From the NCBI GenBank assembly GCA_964016885.1, contig OZ024740.1, forward strand, positions 348,068,001 through 348,132,000: DNA of 64,000 nt. The letters are read 5' to 3'. The translations under genes were made by a program, and so were the position numbers. Positions 43,338 to 63,747 of the stretch are shown piece after piece. Every line of letters starts with the position of its first letter. Position 1 is the first letter of the stretch. The notes under the pieces are model-generated. The model had not been told where the DNA came from. It made no database searches and saw nothing but the letters and a program-made list of their open reading frames with translations. This stretch comes from Eledone cirrhosa. Lineage: Eukaryota.

Positions 43338-43374
<37 letters not shown>

Positions 43375-43477
43375 GTGTATATATATATGTATATATATAT
43401 GTATATATATATATATGTATATATATATATGTATATATATATATGTATATATATATATGTATATATATATGTATATA

Positions 43478-43544
<67 letters not shown>

Positions 43545-43545
43545 T

Positions 43546-43580
<35 letters not shown>

Positions 43581-43595
43581 TTATATATATATGTA

Positions 43596-43635
<40 letters not shown>

Positions 43636-43639
43636 TATA

Positions 43640-43677
<38 letters not shown>

Positions 43678-43716
43678 TATATATTTATATATATATATAT
43701 ATATATAAATATATAT

Positions 43717-44333
43717 GTTGGTGCTACTGGTAACAGTTGGTGCTACTGGTAACATGTATCCCAGTACAACCTGTCTCATGGTCGGGTCGTTGGCGACTAA
43801 ACTGGCAACCCCACCAAGGTTTCTTGGTGAGGAGGGTGACTTTGGACATCCTGCAGGACTAAAAACAAAACCTGTCAAAGGGCAAGGGAGCTCTTAAGAC
43901 TCAATAGCCATCCAAAATCACCGGGAGAGATGACCCCTTAGCCTTTGTCAAGGCAGAATTCTAGGAGAAGGAAAACTCTGATATAACACCTGCAACCCTG
44001 ATGGTATCCAATGATGTTGACTTGTTCTTCTTTTTGGTAAATATCATCTTGGTTAAGAGAGTGGGACTGGCTTTGTGCAGTGCCTTTGCTCACTATAAAA
44101 GCTTCACAGCACAGGCATTGCTTTATATCTGGAGATCTCTCTGCACTTGTCATCACATGGTACCATGGGCCCTGCACTATGTGTCAATAATGGTCACAAG
44201 TGTAGTCTTTGTACCAGAGTTTTCAAGTCGCTAGCTGGACTAAAAAGTCACATTCGTTCAGCGCATCGGTAGGGATTCTCCTACATGGATATAAAGTAGT
44301 GGCCGTACTCGAAAACGAGTTGGCAGCCACCAT
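43717..44333 (+). mobile_element. RTE-derived non-autonomous element
   Basis: Near-identical copy; 5' 19-nt duplication of GTTGGTGCTACTGGTAACA. Confidence 0.78.
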
Positions 44334-44348
44334 GTATATATATATGTG

Positions 44349-44960
44349 TGTCAGGTCACCTAGTTGGTGCTACTGGTAACATGTATCCCAGTACAACCTG
44401 TCCCATTGTCGGGTCGTTGGTGACTAAACTGGCAACCCCACCAAGGTTTCTTGGTGAGGAGGGTGACTTTGGACATCCTGCAGGACTAAAAACAAAACCT
44501 GTCAAAGGGCAAAGGAGCTCTTAAGAGTCAATGGCCATCCAAAATCACCGGGAGAGACGACCTCTTAGCCTTTGTCAAGGCAGAATTCTAGGAGAAGGAA
44601 AACTCTGATATAACACCTGCAACCCTGATGGTATCCAATGATGTTGACTTGTTCTTCTTTTTGGTAAATATCATCTTCGTTAAGAGAGTGGGACTGGCTT
44701 TGTGCAGTGCCTTTACTCACTATAAAAGCTTCACGGCACAGGCATTGCTTTATATCTGGAGACCTCTCTGCACTTGTCGTCACAAGGTAACATGGGCCCA
44801 GCACTATGTGTCAATAATTGTCACAAGTGTAGTGTTTGTACCAGAGTTTTCAAGTCACTGGCTGGACTAAAAAGTCACACTCATTCAGCGCATCGGTAGG
44901 GGTTCTCCTACATGGATATAAAGTAGTGGCCGTACTCGAAAACGAGTTGGCAGCCACCAT
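44349..44960 (+). mobile_element. RTE-derived non-autonomous element, full length
   Basis: Tandem neighbour of the previous copy. Confidence 0.78.
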
Positions 44961-44973
44961 ATGTATATATATA

Positions 44974-45212
<239 letters not shown>

Positions 45213-45215
45213 ATT

Positions 45216-45416
<201 letters not shown>

Positions 45417-45429
45417 ATATATTTATATA

Positions 45430-45471
<42 letters not shown>

Positions 45472-45511
45472 TATATATATATATATATTTATAATGTCAT
45501 GTATCATTTTA

Positions 45512-45574
45512 TTTTATCTGATGAAGACGTACTGTTGAACTTAATTCAGTAGCTCTGAAATATGTATAATAAAA
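45512..45574 (+). ncRNA. Type I hammerhead, same family as 26621-26687
   Basis: ttttat CTGATGA agacgtactg..cagtagctct GAAA tatgta TA ataaaa. Confidence 0.78.
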
Positions 45575-45617
45575 ATATAATTGATCACAAGAATATCTAT
45601 TTTGTTAATATTTGGAA

Positions 45618-45669
<52 letters not shown>

Positions 45670-46404
45670 AAGCGGTATCCAGTGCTTAATAACTGCCGTT
45701 TTAGTACTTTTTCTCAACGAGCTGAATATACTCACTCTCCATCTCATCATGCATAGAGTACTACCATGATTTGTGGTTTTCCCAGTTTTCACACCACAGA
45801 TGCACACTCTCATTACACTCTTTTTACTTTTTATATATAATTTCGGAATTGAATGTTTTACTGTTAAATTACAGTTAAATGCTACTTAACTCTGGAACGT
45901 AACAACGATGAATAAGGTTGTGCATTAGCCGAGAAGAAAGAATATTTTTTTTAATCATGCAGCTACTGCTTTAGGTATTGTTGCGAAATATTCGTCATAA
46001 TTGTATTATAGAAATTCTCTAAGAATTAATTGTTGAGTTGCCATTATGGCGTTTCTCCACTTTCTTTTCTCAGACAGAAAAGGCCATTAAGTAAAAACAA
46101 ACAGTGATAATAATAAATATATTCAGATAAAATCATTAGCAAACAATGTTTTCACTCACGTCATAAACAGAATATACATTAATACGCCCAATATTTTAGG
46201 TGGAATACAGCAGACAGATATACGCTCGCTAATAAGGAACACTAAATTGTCCCAATGTAAAATTTGTTCAGATATTGGAAATCGTTCCTTAACGAAATAT
46301 CTACATCCAGGCAAATGGATAGATATATGTACACATGTGTATATGTACATATGTTTTTTATTTTATTTTCTGTTTTAAGTCATTAGACTGAGATTATACA
46401 TATA

Positions 46405-46441
<37 letters not shown>

Positions 46442-46615
46442 TTCTGTCATATGTAGACTTAGCACTTTCCTATAAACAAGTGCTATTATGCCTCATATCA
46501 TTGTACCTTATTTTTTTATCTACAGAGAACACAACATCTGTCCCAGGATGATTTTGTATTCGAAATACGTATAATAAAATATATGGAACACTTATAACCA
46601 TCTTTATTTGATCTT

Positions 46616-46659
<44 letters not shown>

Positions 46660-47293
46660 GTATGTGTGTGCGCGCGTTTGCATTATAAAATGTTTCTGCT
46701 TCTATGCACTGACTAGTTGGATGAAAATCTCATATGACTGTTAAGAATGCAAACACTACACCAAGAAAAAATATTTGAAAGGCTTGACTATTCCAGAAGT
46801 TTGGCCTAATATATATATAAATATGCAGCAGCCTTTTGCCGATAGAGATGTCAAGATTAGAATTAAAGAGATTTGTACAAAAACCAAAAGGAAAATTAGC
46901 GCACCGGAAATATCTTCACGTTATTTCCGGTACATCAAGCTTCACTAATATTTAATAATACGTTTCGTGCGTATTTTTCAGATGTTATCATTTTGAACAT
47001 TTTGTAGTATTTAATACGTATTGGTGAAAGTATTTTCCTTCAGGAGAGTTACTTCCCAATTATCTGATTTTCTACGTGCTGTTTCTGAAATATAATACTG
47101 ATTTTGAACTAGTATAGAATTGAGAAAACAGATATATATTTCAGAGCGTGGGATGGAGCATACAGAATACTGACCAAAAAAAAAAAAAAATTGAATTACC
47201 CCATACAGAGCAATTTATACGAATAGCAATGAGAATAGTGCAGATATATATATATATATATATACATACATATACATATATATATATACATAC

Positions 47294-47387
<94 letters not shown>

Positions 47388-47421
47388 GTATATATACACA
47401 TATATATATATATATATACAC

Positions 47422-47456
<35 letters not shown>

Positions 47457-47517
47457 CACATATATATATATATATACACATATATATATATATACACATA
47501 TATATATATATATACAC

Positions 47518-47572
<55 letters not shown>

Positions 47573-47575
47573 CAC

Positions 47576-47714
<139 letters not shown>

Positions 47715-47737
47715 CATATATACATATATATATATAC

Positions 47738-47784
<47 letters not shown>

Positions 47785-48754
47785 CATATATACATATATA
47801 TATACATATATACATATACATATATATATATATAGCGGCGATGAATTAGTTTTGCGAGGTTTTTTATATGAAATCGTGTGTCGAAACAGATATTGTTATA
47901 TTTGGGGAGGGTCATATTTGCGTAATATTGCCAGAATTAATAACAGAACACACTCACTGTTTGGTTGGTTTTCGCTTCTCGCTGTCTTTTATATATATAT
48001 ATCTGCGATCTAACTTACTCGGTCCTCAATGTTGCCATTGACTGACCGGCGGTCAAAAATAATACAGATACAATATAGACAAACACATATATATATAGTT
48101 TACATAAATCTTTCGTTGCACATCTGCAACATCGTCAGTGGTGTTATATTCATTGTTCCTCCTGTTGTGTTGTATGTCTACGCCATTTTTTTTGTTCAGT
48201 CTGTCTATATATTTATTTATTTATTTGCTTGTTTGTTTATCTTATTTTATTTTGTCTTCTTTGCGCATGCGTTTGCGTGTGTGTATAGTGTTATGTGTGA
48301 TGTGTGACTAGTGTGTATAGTGTTGTCTGCTGGGTGACTAGTGTGTGTTTATGTGCTTGTGTATGTATTTATTTATCTTATTTTATTTAATTTAATTTAC
48401 TTATTTATTTATACTTCTCTTAGGTCAGTGTTGTTTGTTTGGGTGTTGTTGTTGTTCCACTCATTCTTTCTGTTTAGCTTTGGTCTTCTAATTTCTATTT
48501 CACTGGCCTCTCTGATTTGCCTATCTGCTGGGTCATTCCTATGTTTAGATATTATTCTAATTTCTATGTTGTCTATGTTACCGTCATGATGTTGTCTAGC
48601 ATGTTCGTATAGTACTGACCCGTTTTTTCGTCCTTTTAGTTCCCCCCAGTGTTGGTCTATCCTTTCACCTATGCTACGAGCTGTCTCACCTATGTATGTT
48701 GTTGTCGTGTTTCTGCAAGTACCCTCTGTACATCTTATGCTATAGACTACGTTA

Positions 48755-49093
48755 GTCTATAGCATAAGATGTACAGAGGGTACTTGCAGAAACACGACAA
48801 CAACATACATAGGTGAGACAGCTCGTAGCATAGGTGAAAGGATAGACCAACACTGGGGGGAACTAAAAGGACGAAAAAACGGGTCAGTACTATACGAACA
48901 TGCTAGACAACATCATGACGGTAACATAGACAACATAGAAATTAGAATAATATCTAAACATAGGAATGACCCAGCAGATAGGCAAATCAGAGAGGCCAGT
49001 GAAATAGAAATTAGAAGACCAAAGCTAAACAGAAAGAATGAGTGGAACAACAACAACACCCAAACAAACAACACTGACCTAAGAGAAGTATAA
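48755..49093 (+). pseudogene. PLE GIY-YIG endonuclease, 5'-truncated (mirror copy on minus at 48409-48753)
   Basis: My translation: VYSIRCTEGTCRNTTTTYIGETARSIGERIDQHW...LYEHARQHH...DRQIREASEI...LNRKNEW; open frame missed by the ORF track (no start codon). Confidence 0.88.
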
Positions 49094-49357
49094 ATAAATA
49101 AGTAAATTAAATTAAATAAAATAAGATAAATAAATACATACACAAGCACATAAACACACACTAGTCACCCAGCAGACAACACTATACACACTAGTCACAC
49201 ATCACACATAACACTATACACACACGCAAACGCATGCGCAAAGAAGACAAAATAAAATAAGATAAACAAACAAGCAAATAAATAAATAAATATATAGACA
49301 GACTGAACAAAAAAAATGGCGTAGACATACAACACAACAGGAGAAACAATGAATATA

Positions 49358-49420
49358 ACACCACTGACGATGTTGCAGATGTGCAACGAAAGATTTATGT
49401 AAACTATATATATATGTGTT
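49358..49420 (+). ncRNA. Possible hammerhead in PLE 3' UTR (mirror 48082-48144)
   Basis: CTGACGA t gttgca gatg tgcaac GAAA gatttatgtaaac TA; core and stem II good, stem I poor. Confidence 0.5.
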
Positions 49421-49611
49421 TGTCTATATTGTATCTGTATTATTTTTGACCGCCGGTCAGTCAATGGCAACATTGAGGACCGAGTAAGTTAGATCGCAGA
49501 TATATATATATAAAAGACAGCGAGAAGCGAAAACCAACCAAACAGTGAGTGTGTTCTGTTATTAATTCTGGCAATATTACGCAAATATGACCCTCCCCAA
49601 ATATAACAATA

Positions 49612-54754
<5,143 letters not shown>

Positions 54755-54807
54755 ATAAAATATTAAACAAATAATGAATAAACAATTCCTTATATTAAAC
54801 AAAAAAA

Positions 54808-54962
54808 TTCATTATTTAACGATCGTTTCTAGGGTATATATGTGTTATAATTGGTATGCATATTCAACAGATCTATGTACAAAATTATACAAAATTATAC
54901 AAATTATCAAGATTAAATATACATACCTAACACATATATACGCCGTCTTCAGAAATAATGAA
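54808..54962 (-). ncRNA. Hammerhead with very long stem II (mirror copy)
   Basis: Reverse complement of 61545-61699. Confidence 0.75.
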
Positions 54963-55787
54963 GTATATTTATTGATAATAACAACAATTCAAAATATCAG
55001 TTCAAAATTGACCAATGAAAACACAAAGGGTTAAAAGCAGTTCGGTGTGTGTATATACATGTAAAATCCTTACACATATTTTACAAAAATGTGTGTATAA
55101 TTTGTATACGCATACTAAAAAGATGGATGCAAACACAAAATTTCAAGGTTAATATCTCTGTAAGCTTAATGCGCTGATAAGATGCGCATTGATACTTATG
55201 GAGTCAAGCATATAAATATATTTTTTCATACTCACACATATCAGTATAAACACACATACATGCGCGTATATGCATAAATATACACATAACCACGAACATA
55301 CAAACACACACACTCCCCCACTCACATTTATATATGTGGATATAAAATCATAAGCACATAGAAATTAAATCACTCACATAAAACACTGGCACACACATTT
55401 CAAGATCAAGATACAGAAATTAGGTGGGAGGGGGGGGAGGGGTCAGTATTCAATTGTCTGAGCAGACTGCCTAATATAAATGTATCTATAAATTAAGAAA
55501 AATAAAAAAATAAAACAATAAAATATAATAACTATAATATAATATATATACACATACAGATATATAAACACACATACATACATGTACGCACACATAGAGA
55601 TATTTACGCATACACACATACACACATACATATACAGTCATACACACACATACACTTACACGAACATACACATACACATATAAAAAGATATATATATACA
55701 CACACACACACGCGCAACACATACACACATACACATATATATAAAAAAAAATAGATAATAAAGATATATATCCACATATATATACAT

Positions 55788-55836
<49 letters not shown>

Positions 55837-55927
55837 CATATACATATACATACACATACATCTAAATATACATACACATACATACACACATACATGTACA
55901 TACATGTACATACATATACGCACATCG

Positions 55928-55975
<48 letters not shown>

Positions 55976-56318
55976 TCACATAGACATATAGATACATACA
56001 CACACAACTTACATACACACGTATATATATATATATATATAGATGTACCTTCATACATAGAATTAGATATATAATCATACATACATATGCACCTACTTAT
56101 ACTCATATATATAAATACATACGCTTCCATAAATGTGTATATACATAAAAAACAATACAACCTCACCAAACTCAGACATACAAATAAAGATAATAATAAA
56201 AAATAATAATAAAAAGGCATATGTATATACATACACACACGCATTAATAGAGATATATATATATATATACACATACATACACATATATATATACATACAC
56301 ACACACATATACACACAC

Positions 56319-56365
<47 letters not shown>

Positions 56366-56371
56366 TAGACT

Positions 56372-56408
<37 letters not shown>

Positions 56409-56803
56409 ATATATATCCACACACACATACCACCATAAAAACACATACAAACACCCACATGTATATATATATATATATATATATCCATATACACACACGT
56501 ACATATATATACATACATATACATAGATATATATATATACACACACACATAAAAAACAGACATGCACATATATATATATATATATATATTTTATTACTCT
56601 TATATATACACATATTATATATACATACACAACCTCACTTATACACATATACACATAAGTTATATTATAATAATAAAGAATAATATACATATATATATAT
56701 ACATATACATATATATATATATATATATATACATACATACATACACATACATACATACACATAAATATATACATACATAAATACACACATACTAATAAAG
56801 ACA

Positions 56804-57880
56804 TATAATGAAGCTCTAGATAGAAGTGGCCACAAAAATAGATTAGAGTATATACCTTCTACTAAAAATACTGAAAGCATACATCATAATATTACCAACA
56901 AACACCAAATGAAAAGTACACACCTAAATGCCACCCACAATATACCCCAAAATACTAAATCTTCTAATATAAAGTATAGTAACCCTCAAAAAACTACTCA
57001 TCATACAACTATAATAAATATTAATAATAAAACTCCTAATAAAAAAGATAAAACACCTAAATCTACAAATATAACTAAAAATAGTTGTGGTGAGATCATT
57101 AACATTAATCCTCCTAGTAAAAATCATGATACAACCTATAAAAATAATAAAAATAATAAACAACATAGAAACCGTAATAGACGAGTTACTTGGTATAATG
57201 CTCCTTTTAATTTACAAGTTAAGGATAATATTGCTAAAAAATTTTTTTATATCCTTGAGAAAAACTTCCCGCCAAACCACAAATACCATCAAATCTTAAA
57301 TAGGTCTACAGTTAAATTCTCATACTCTACAACAAATAACATAAAACAAAATATAAGTGCATATAATGCATATAAATGTAAGAAAACCATAAGTATACCA
57401 CCAGTACATCAAATTAACAATAATATCTCCTCAAATACAGAATTAACGAAAGGATGTAACTGTAGAAACAAAACAAACTGCCCATTAAAAGGGAATTGTC
57501 TTGTTAACAACATAGTCTATAAATGTAATGTTAAAACTAAAGATTCTATTTGCTCATATATAGGAGCTACCTCTAACAATTTTAAGACAAGGTTTAATAC
57601 CCACAAGCATAGTTTTAAAAATGCCGCACTGGCTAATACAACATCTCTAGCAGAAAAAATCAATAGTTATAAAAATAAGAATATAAAATATGATTTGACC
57701 TGGAGTGTGCTCAAAAGAGCCACCCCTTATCAAAATAATAGAAAAGAATGTAGATTATGTTCCCAAGAACTATTTGAAATAATGAAGTCTAAGGATATCT
57801 TATTAAATAAACGACAGGAATTAATTATATCGTGTAATCATAAACTAAAAAAAACATTTAAATATTATAAACCTAATTAA
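56804..57880 (+). CDS. PLE polyprotein C-terminus: RT thumb end, Cys-rich linker, GIY-YIG endonuclease (5'-truncated)
   Basis: In-frame YNEALDRSGH from 56804; RRVTWYNAPF, NRSTVKFSYS, CNCRNKTNCPLKGNC, IVYKC..YIGATSNNFKTRFNTH, CRLC, LLNKRQEL; no internal stops. Confidence 0.88.
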   Translation, partial: YNEALDRSGHKNRLEYIPSTKNTESIHHNITNKHQMKSTHLNATHNIPQNTKSSNIKYSNPQKTTHHTTIININNKTPNKKDKTPKSTNITKNSCGEIININPPSKNHDTTYKNNKNNKQHRNRNRRVTWYNAPFNLQVKDNIAKKFFYILEKNFPPNHKYHQILNRSTVKFSYSTTNNIKQNISAYNAYKCKKTISIPPVHQINNNISSNTELTKGCNCRNKTNCPLKGNCLVNNIVYKCNVKTKDSICSYIGATSNNFKTRFNTHKHSFKNAALANTTSLAEKINSYKNKNIKYDLTWSVLKRATPYQNNRKECRLCSQELFEIMKSKDILLNKRQELIISCNHKLKKTFKYYKPN

Positions 57881-58420
57881 TAACATTATTCTAGAAATTA
57901 ATTTAATTTAAATGTTAGTTAACCTATAAATTTAATTTAATTAATATTTTATTACAGATGAGAAAATATTATGTAATCATAAATTGTGAAAAACCTTTAA
58001 ATATTACTAATATATACTTAGTAATTTAATTTATAGATTAATTTTAATTTATTTAAACCTTTTATTTTATTATAATTCTTTTACAGATAAAATATAGCAA
58101 AATAATATCATGTTTCCAATGACGGAGAAATAATTTTTAGTATTATAGACATAATTAATATACATTTTGGAAATATATTTATTATTTGGTTTTAGTTTTA
58201 ATCAACCTAAAAATTTTAATTTTAATTTGCTTAAAATTAGTATCCTTATACAGACGAATTGCAGAATGTCATGTAATCATAGAATGGGATGTGTTTTGGA
58301 TATATACCTAGTTAATATATTCTGTGCAATTTTTTGAAAAAGATATGTATATGTATATGTGTATGTATATGTGTGTGTTGTGTATGTGTATCTGTATGTA
58401 TGTATGTATGTGTATATGTG

Positions 58421-58461
<41 letters not shown>

Positions 58462-59599
58462 ATATGTATGTATATGTGTTGTATGTATATGTATATGTAT
58501 GCGTATTAATTTTGATTTCTATTTGCATATAATTATATTATGCTATTGATGAAATACAATATCTGCTTTATGTATTGTATACCTAATTAACATATACTAA
58601 TTAACGTATACTATTGAAATAAATATATAATTTTTAATTTAGTTAACATATAATTTATATGCTACTACCGATGTAATACTTTATTTTATTTTTATTTGGG
58701 TTTCTTTTCCCTATTACTAAATTCATCTCCTAATATTGATACCATAACGTTATTAACTTTAATTTAGTTATACTGTAATTAATAATCTACTACTGTTTGA
58801 CTTCAAAATTCTGCTTCAAATATTATAAACCTAACTAATTTACACCTTAGAAATCAATATGTTGGCTATCTTTGGTTTAGTTAACATATGATTAATGGTA
58901 TACTTATTTATTTTGAGATGCATAGATTTCGTATTTCCTAGCACTGAAAATATGTAAGAACATACATTGAATTAAGATACGGAAAATATTATATGTTTCT
59001 TGAAACATATATTTACTTTGATCCCCTTCTCCAAACCCCCCCTTTCCCCCATACTATTATCATCTGTATTTGTAAGCATCTATGTATGAATATATATGTA
59101 GGTAGGTGTCTATATAGGTTTGGGTATTTATATCTAAATATAAAAATACATATATGAGCATGCAAATATGAATGTAAGATTGTGTGTGTATATATGATTG
59201 TACATACATATGTATGTATATATATGTATATATATGCATTATATATGTGTGTGTATGTGAATGTGTTGTATGTATATGTGTATGTATGTGTATATATGTG
59301 TATGTATGTGTATGCTTGTATATATATGAATATATATATGTGTATATATGTATGTATATGTATATGCGTGTATGTATGTATGTGTATGTGTGTTGTGTAT
59401 ATATATGTATGTCTCTCTATTTATATGTTTATCTTCGTATCTATGTGATATATGTGTGTGTGTGTGCACGTATGCATATGTATGTGTTTGTGTGTGTTTG
59501 TATGTGTGTGTGTATATATGTGTATGTGCGCACACACACATACACATATATATATATATATATGTGAGTGTGTATGTGTGTCTGTGTGTGTGTGTGTGT

Positions 59600-59650
<51 letters not shown>

Positions 59651-60091
59651 GATATATATATATATATATATATATAGGTGTCTATGTGTGAATATATGTC
59701 TTTATTAGTATGTGTGTATTTATGTATGTATATATTTATGTGTATGTATGTATGTGTATGTATGTATGTATATATATATATATATATATATGTATATGTA
59801 TATATATATATGTATATTATTCTTTATTATTATAATATAACTTATGTGTATATGTGTATAAGTGAGGTTGTGTATGTATATATAATATGTGTATATATAA
59901 GAGTAATAAAATATATATATATATATATATATGTGCATGTCTGTTTTTTATGTGTGTGTGTATATATATATATGTATGTATATGTATGTATATATATGTA
60001 CGTGTGTGTATATGGATATATATATATATATATATATACATGTGGGTGTTTGTATGTGTTTTTATGGTGGTATGTGTGTGTGGATATATAT

Positions 60092-60130
<39 letters not shown>

Positions 60131-60136
60131 AGTCTA

Positions 60137-60179
<43 letters not shown>

Positions 60180-60522
60180 GTGTGTGTATATGTGTGTGTG
60201 TATGTATATATATATGTGTATGTATGTGTATATATATATATATATATCTATTAATGCGTGTGTGTATGTATATACATATGCCTTTTTATTATTATTTTTT
60301 ATTATTATCTTTATTTGTATGTCTGAGTTTGGTGAGGTTGTATTGTTTTTTATGTATATACACATTTATGGAAGCGTATGTATTTATATATATGAGTATA
60401 AGTAGGTGCATATGTATGTATGATTATATATCTAATTCTATGTATGAAGGTACATCTATATATATATATATATATACGTGTGTATGTAAGTTGTGTGTGT
60501 ATGTATCTATATGTCTATGTGA

Positions 60523-60570
<48 letters not shown>

Positions 60571-60661
60571 CGATGTGCGTATATGTATGTACATGTATGT
60601 ACATGTATGTGTGTATGTATGTGTATGTATATTTAGATGTATGTGTATGTATATGTATATG

Positions 60662-60718
<57 letters not shown>

Positions 60719-61544
60719 ATGTATATATATGTGGATATATATCTTTATTATCTATTTTTTTTTTATATATATGTGTATGTGTGTATGTGTTGCGCGTGTG
60801 TGTGTGTGTATATATATATCTTTTTATATGTGTATGTGTATGTTCGTGTAAGTGTATGTGTGTGTATGACTGTATATGTATGTGTGTATGTGTGTATGCG
60901 TAAATATCTCTATGTGTGCGTACATGTATGTATGTGTGTTTATATATCTGTATGTGTATATATATTATATTATAGTTATTATATTTTATTGTTTTATTTT
61001 TTTATTTTTCTTAATTTATAGATACATTTATATTAGGCAGTCTGCTCAGACAATTGAATACTGACCCCTCCCCCCCCTCCCACCTAATTTCTGTATCTTG
61101 ATCTTGAAATGTGTGTGCCAGTGTTTTATGTGAGTGATTTAATTTCTATGTGCTTATGATTTTATATCCACATATATAAATGTGAGTGGGGGAGTGTGTG
61201 TGTTTGTATGTTCGTGGTTATGTGTATATTTATGCATATACGCGCATGTATGTGTGATTATACTGATATGTGTGAGTATGAAAAAATATATTTATATGCT
61301 TGACTCCATAAGTATCAATGCGCATCTTATCAGCGCATTAAGCTTACAGAGATATTAACCTTGAAATTTTGTGTTTGCATCCATCTTTTTAGTATGCGTA
61401 TACAAATTATACACACATTTTTGTAAAATATGTGTAAGGATTTTACATGTATATACACACACCGAACTGCTTTTAACCCTTTGTGTTTTCATTGGTCAAT
61501 TTTGAACTGATATTTTGAATTGTTGTTATTATCAATAAATATAC

Positions 61545-61699
61545 TTCATTATTTCTGAAGACGGCGTATATATGTGTTAGGTATGTATATTTAATCTTGA
61601 TAATTTGTATAATTTTGTATAATTTTGTACATAGATCTGTTGAATATGCATACCAATTATAACACATATATACCCTAGAAACGATCGTTAAATAATGAA
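61545..61699 (+). ncRNA. Hammerhead with very long stem II
   Basis: ttcattattt CTGAAGA cggc gtatatatgtgtta..ggtatg....catacc..taacacatatatac ccta GAAA cgatcg TT aaataatgaa; 10-bp stem I, palindromic AACGATCGTT. Confidence 0.78.
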
Positions 61700-61883
61700 T
61701 TTTTTTGTTTAATATAAGGAATTGTTTATTCATTATTTGTTTAATATTTTATCTTGACTCTGTATACCGTTTGTCTTTCACCGAAAGTGGATTTTCATTG
61801 CATCTCTTCTTTCCATGATATCCGGAATACATTGAGTTCTTCATACGGATTGGACACTACCGTAAACTCTTGGTAGATTTATC

Positions 61884-61939
<56 letters not shown>

Positions 61940-61978
61940 CATACATATATACATATATATACATATATATATATATAT

Positions 61979-62053
<75 letters not shown>

Positions 62054-62074
62054 TATACATATATATATATATAT

Positions 62075-62181
<107 letters not shown>

Positions 62182-62284
62182 TATGAAGTAATTCCATCGG
62201 AAAAGTCCAGGAAAAAAGAGTGCTCTATGTAAGCAACAGAGCTTAATTATTATTATTATGTAATAAACAACATAAGGCAATTAT

Positions 62285-62342
62285 TCCATTTACCAGTGGT
62301 TTCTTAAAAGCAAAAGGTTTTGCTTTCAATCCTCAGAATGAA
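62285..62342 (-). ncRNA. Type I hammerhead ribozyme
   Basis: Minus: ttcatt CTGAGGA ttgaaagcaaaa cc ttttgcttttaa GAAA ccactgg TA aatgga; GAGTGCTC at 62218. Confidence 0.82.
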
Positions 62343-62550
62343 AAATCCTGGTTTGTTTATTGAATATGGATTCTAAAAACGAAAATGCAATCTATATGAA
62401 AGTGAGGCTGGAAAAGGGAGAAGGAAAGGAAAAATAAAATAAAATAAAACTACACATGCAAACACACACAAAAAAACCCAAAAACATACTTACACACACA
62501 CACATATATACACATATAATTTGCACGCATACACATATACACATACACAT

Positions 62551-62589
<39 letters not shown>

Positions 62590-62690
62590 CACATACATAC
62601 ACATAGATATATATAAAGAGCGTACACCTACACACACATACACATATATATACACACATATACACATACATATATTCATACATACACACG

Positions 62691-62726
<36 letters not shown>

Positions 62727-62748
62727 TATATATACACATGTACATATC

Positions 62749-62790
<42 letters not shown>

Positions 62791-62811
62791 CATATACACA
62801 CATACACATAT

Positions 62812-62847
<36 letters not shown>

Positions 62848-63243
62848 GTGTGTACAAGCCTACACATACACACACACATATATATACACACACATATACA
62901 TACATTCACGCAAACATACAACGTACATACATACACATACATGAATGCACTCCACTACATATTAACGCAAATAAATATAAGAAAAAAATATATAAATAAT
63001 ATTAACAAATATTTATTTGACAGCGATACATGCCCCAGCTAACAGGACAGACACGCGTGGTAAGTAATACACACATAAGCGCATATACATACGTTCGAAA
63101 TAGTAAACACATACACACACTCTCACACATAAATATACATATACAAATACATAAACACGTACATACACATACATACGCAAACACGTACACGTATACAATA
63201 TAAACACACACATGTATATGTAATTATATACACACACACACAC

Positions 63244-63288
<45 letters not shown>

Positions 63289-63747
63289 CAAAAATATAAA
63301 AATATAAACGCACACACACATATATAAATACGTAAACACACATATACATACATAGCTAAACAATTATACACATGCAAATACGTATATATCAAAAGAACGC
63401 ACAACCAAATACAAACACACACACATATATACACACACACACACCCACACACAAACCCACACATACATAAAAATAAATAAAAACACACGCAACATATACA
63501 TACATACACGTACATATACATATATACACACATACACATACATATATATATATACACGCATATATATACACAAATATATATATATATATATATATACACA
63601 CGTACACGTACACATACACACATGCATACACATACACACACACATATACATGTGTGTATGTGTAAAGCTCAGTATTAGATAAGACAAATGAACCTTACAT
63701 AAACGTATATATAGTAGTAAAGTAATAAAGCCATACAAGGCAATTAA

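Larger units (their letters stand above)
47835..49612 (-). mobile_element. Penelope-like element 3' end as an ~860-bp-arm palindrome
   Basis: 47890-48750 mirrors 48753-49612 (one substitution noticed); unpaired tail 47835-47889; GIY-YIG coding; TA flanks. Confidence 0.88.
54755..61886 (+). mobile_element. 5'-truncated Penelope-like element with 2.05-kb inverted arm
   Basis: 54755-56807 mirrors 59693-61752; coding remnant between; hammerhead in each arm; tail 61753-61886; TA flanks. Confidence 0.9.

Noticed and set aside
48029-48589. Hydrophobic ORFs duplicated on both strands
   Set aside because: Antisense of the A-rich PLE sequence; duplicated only by the palindrome.
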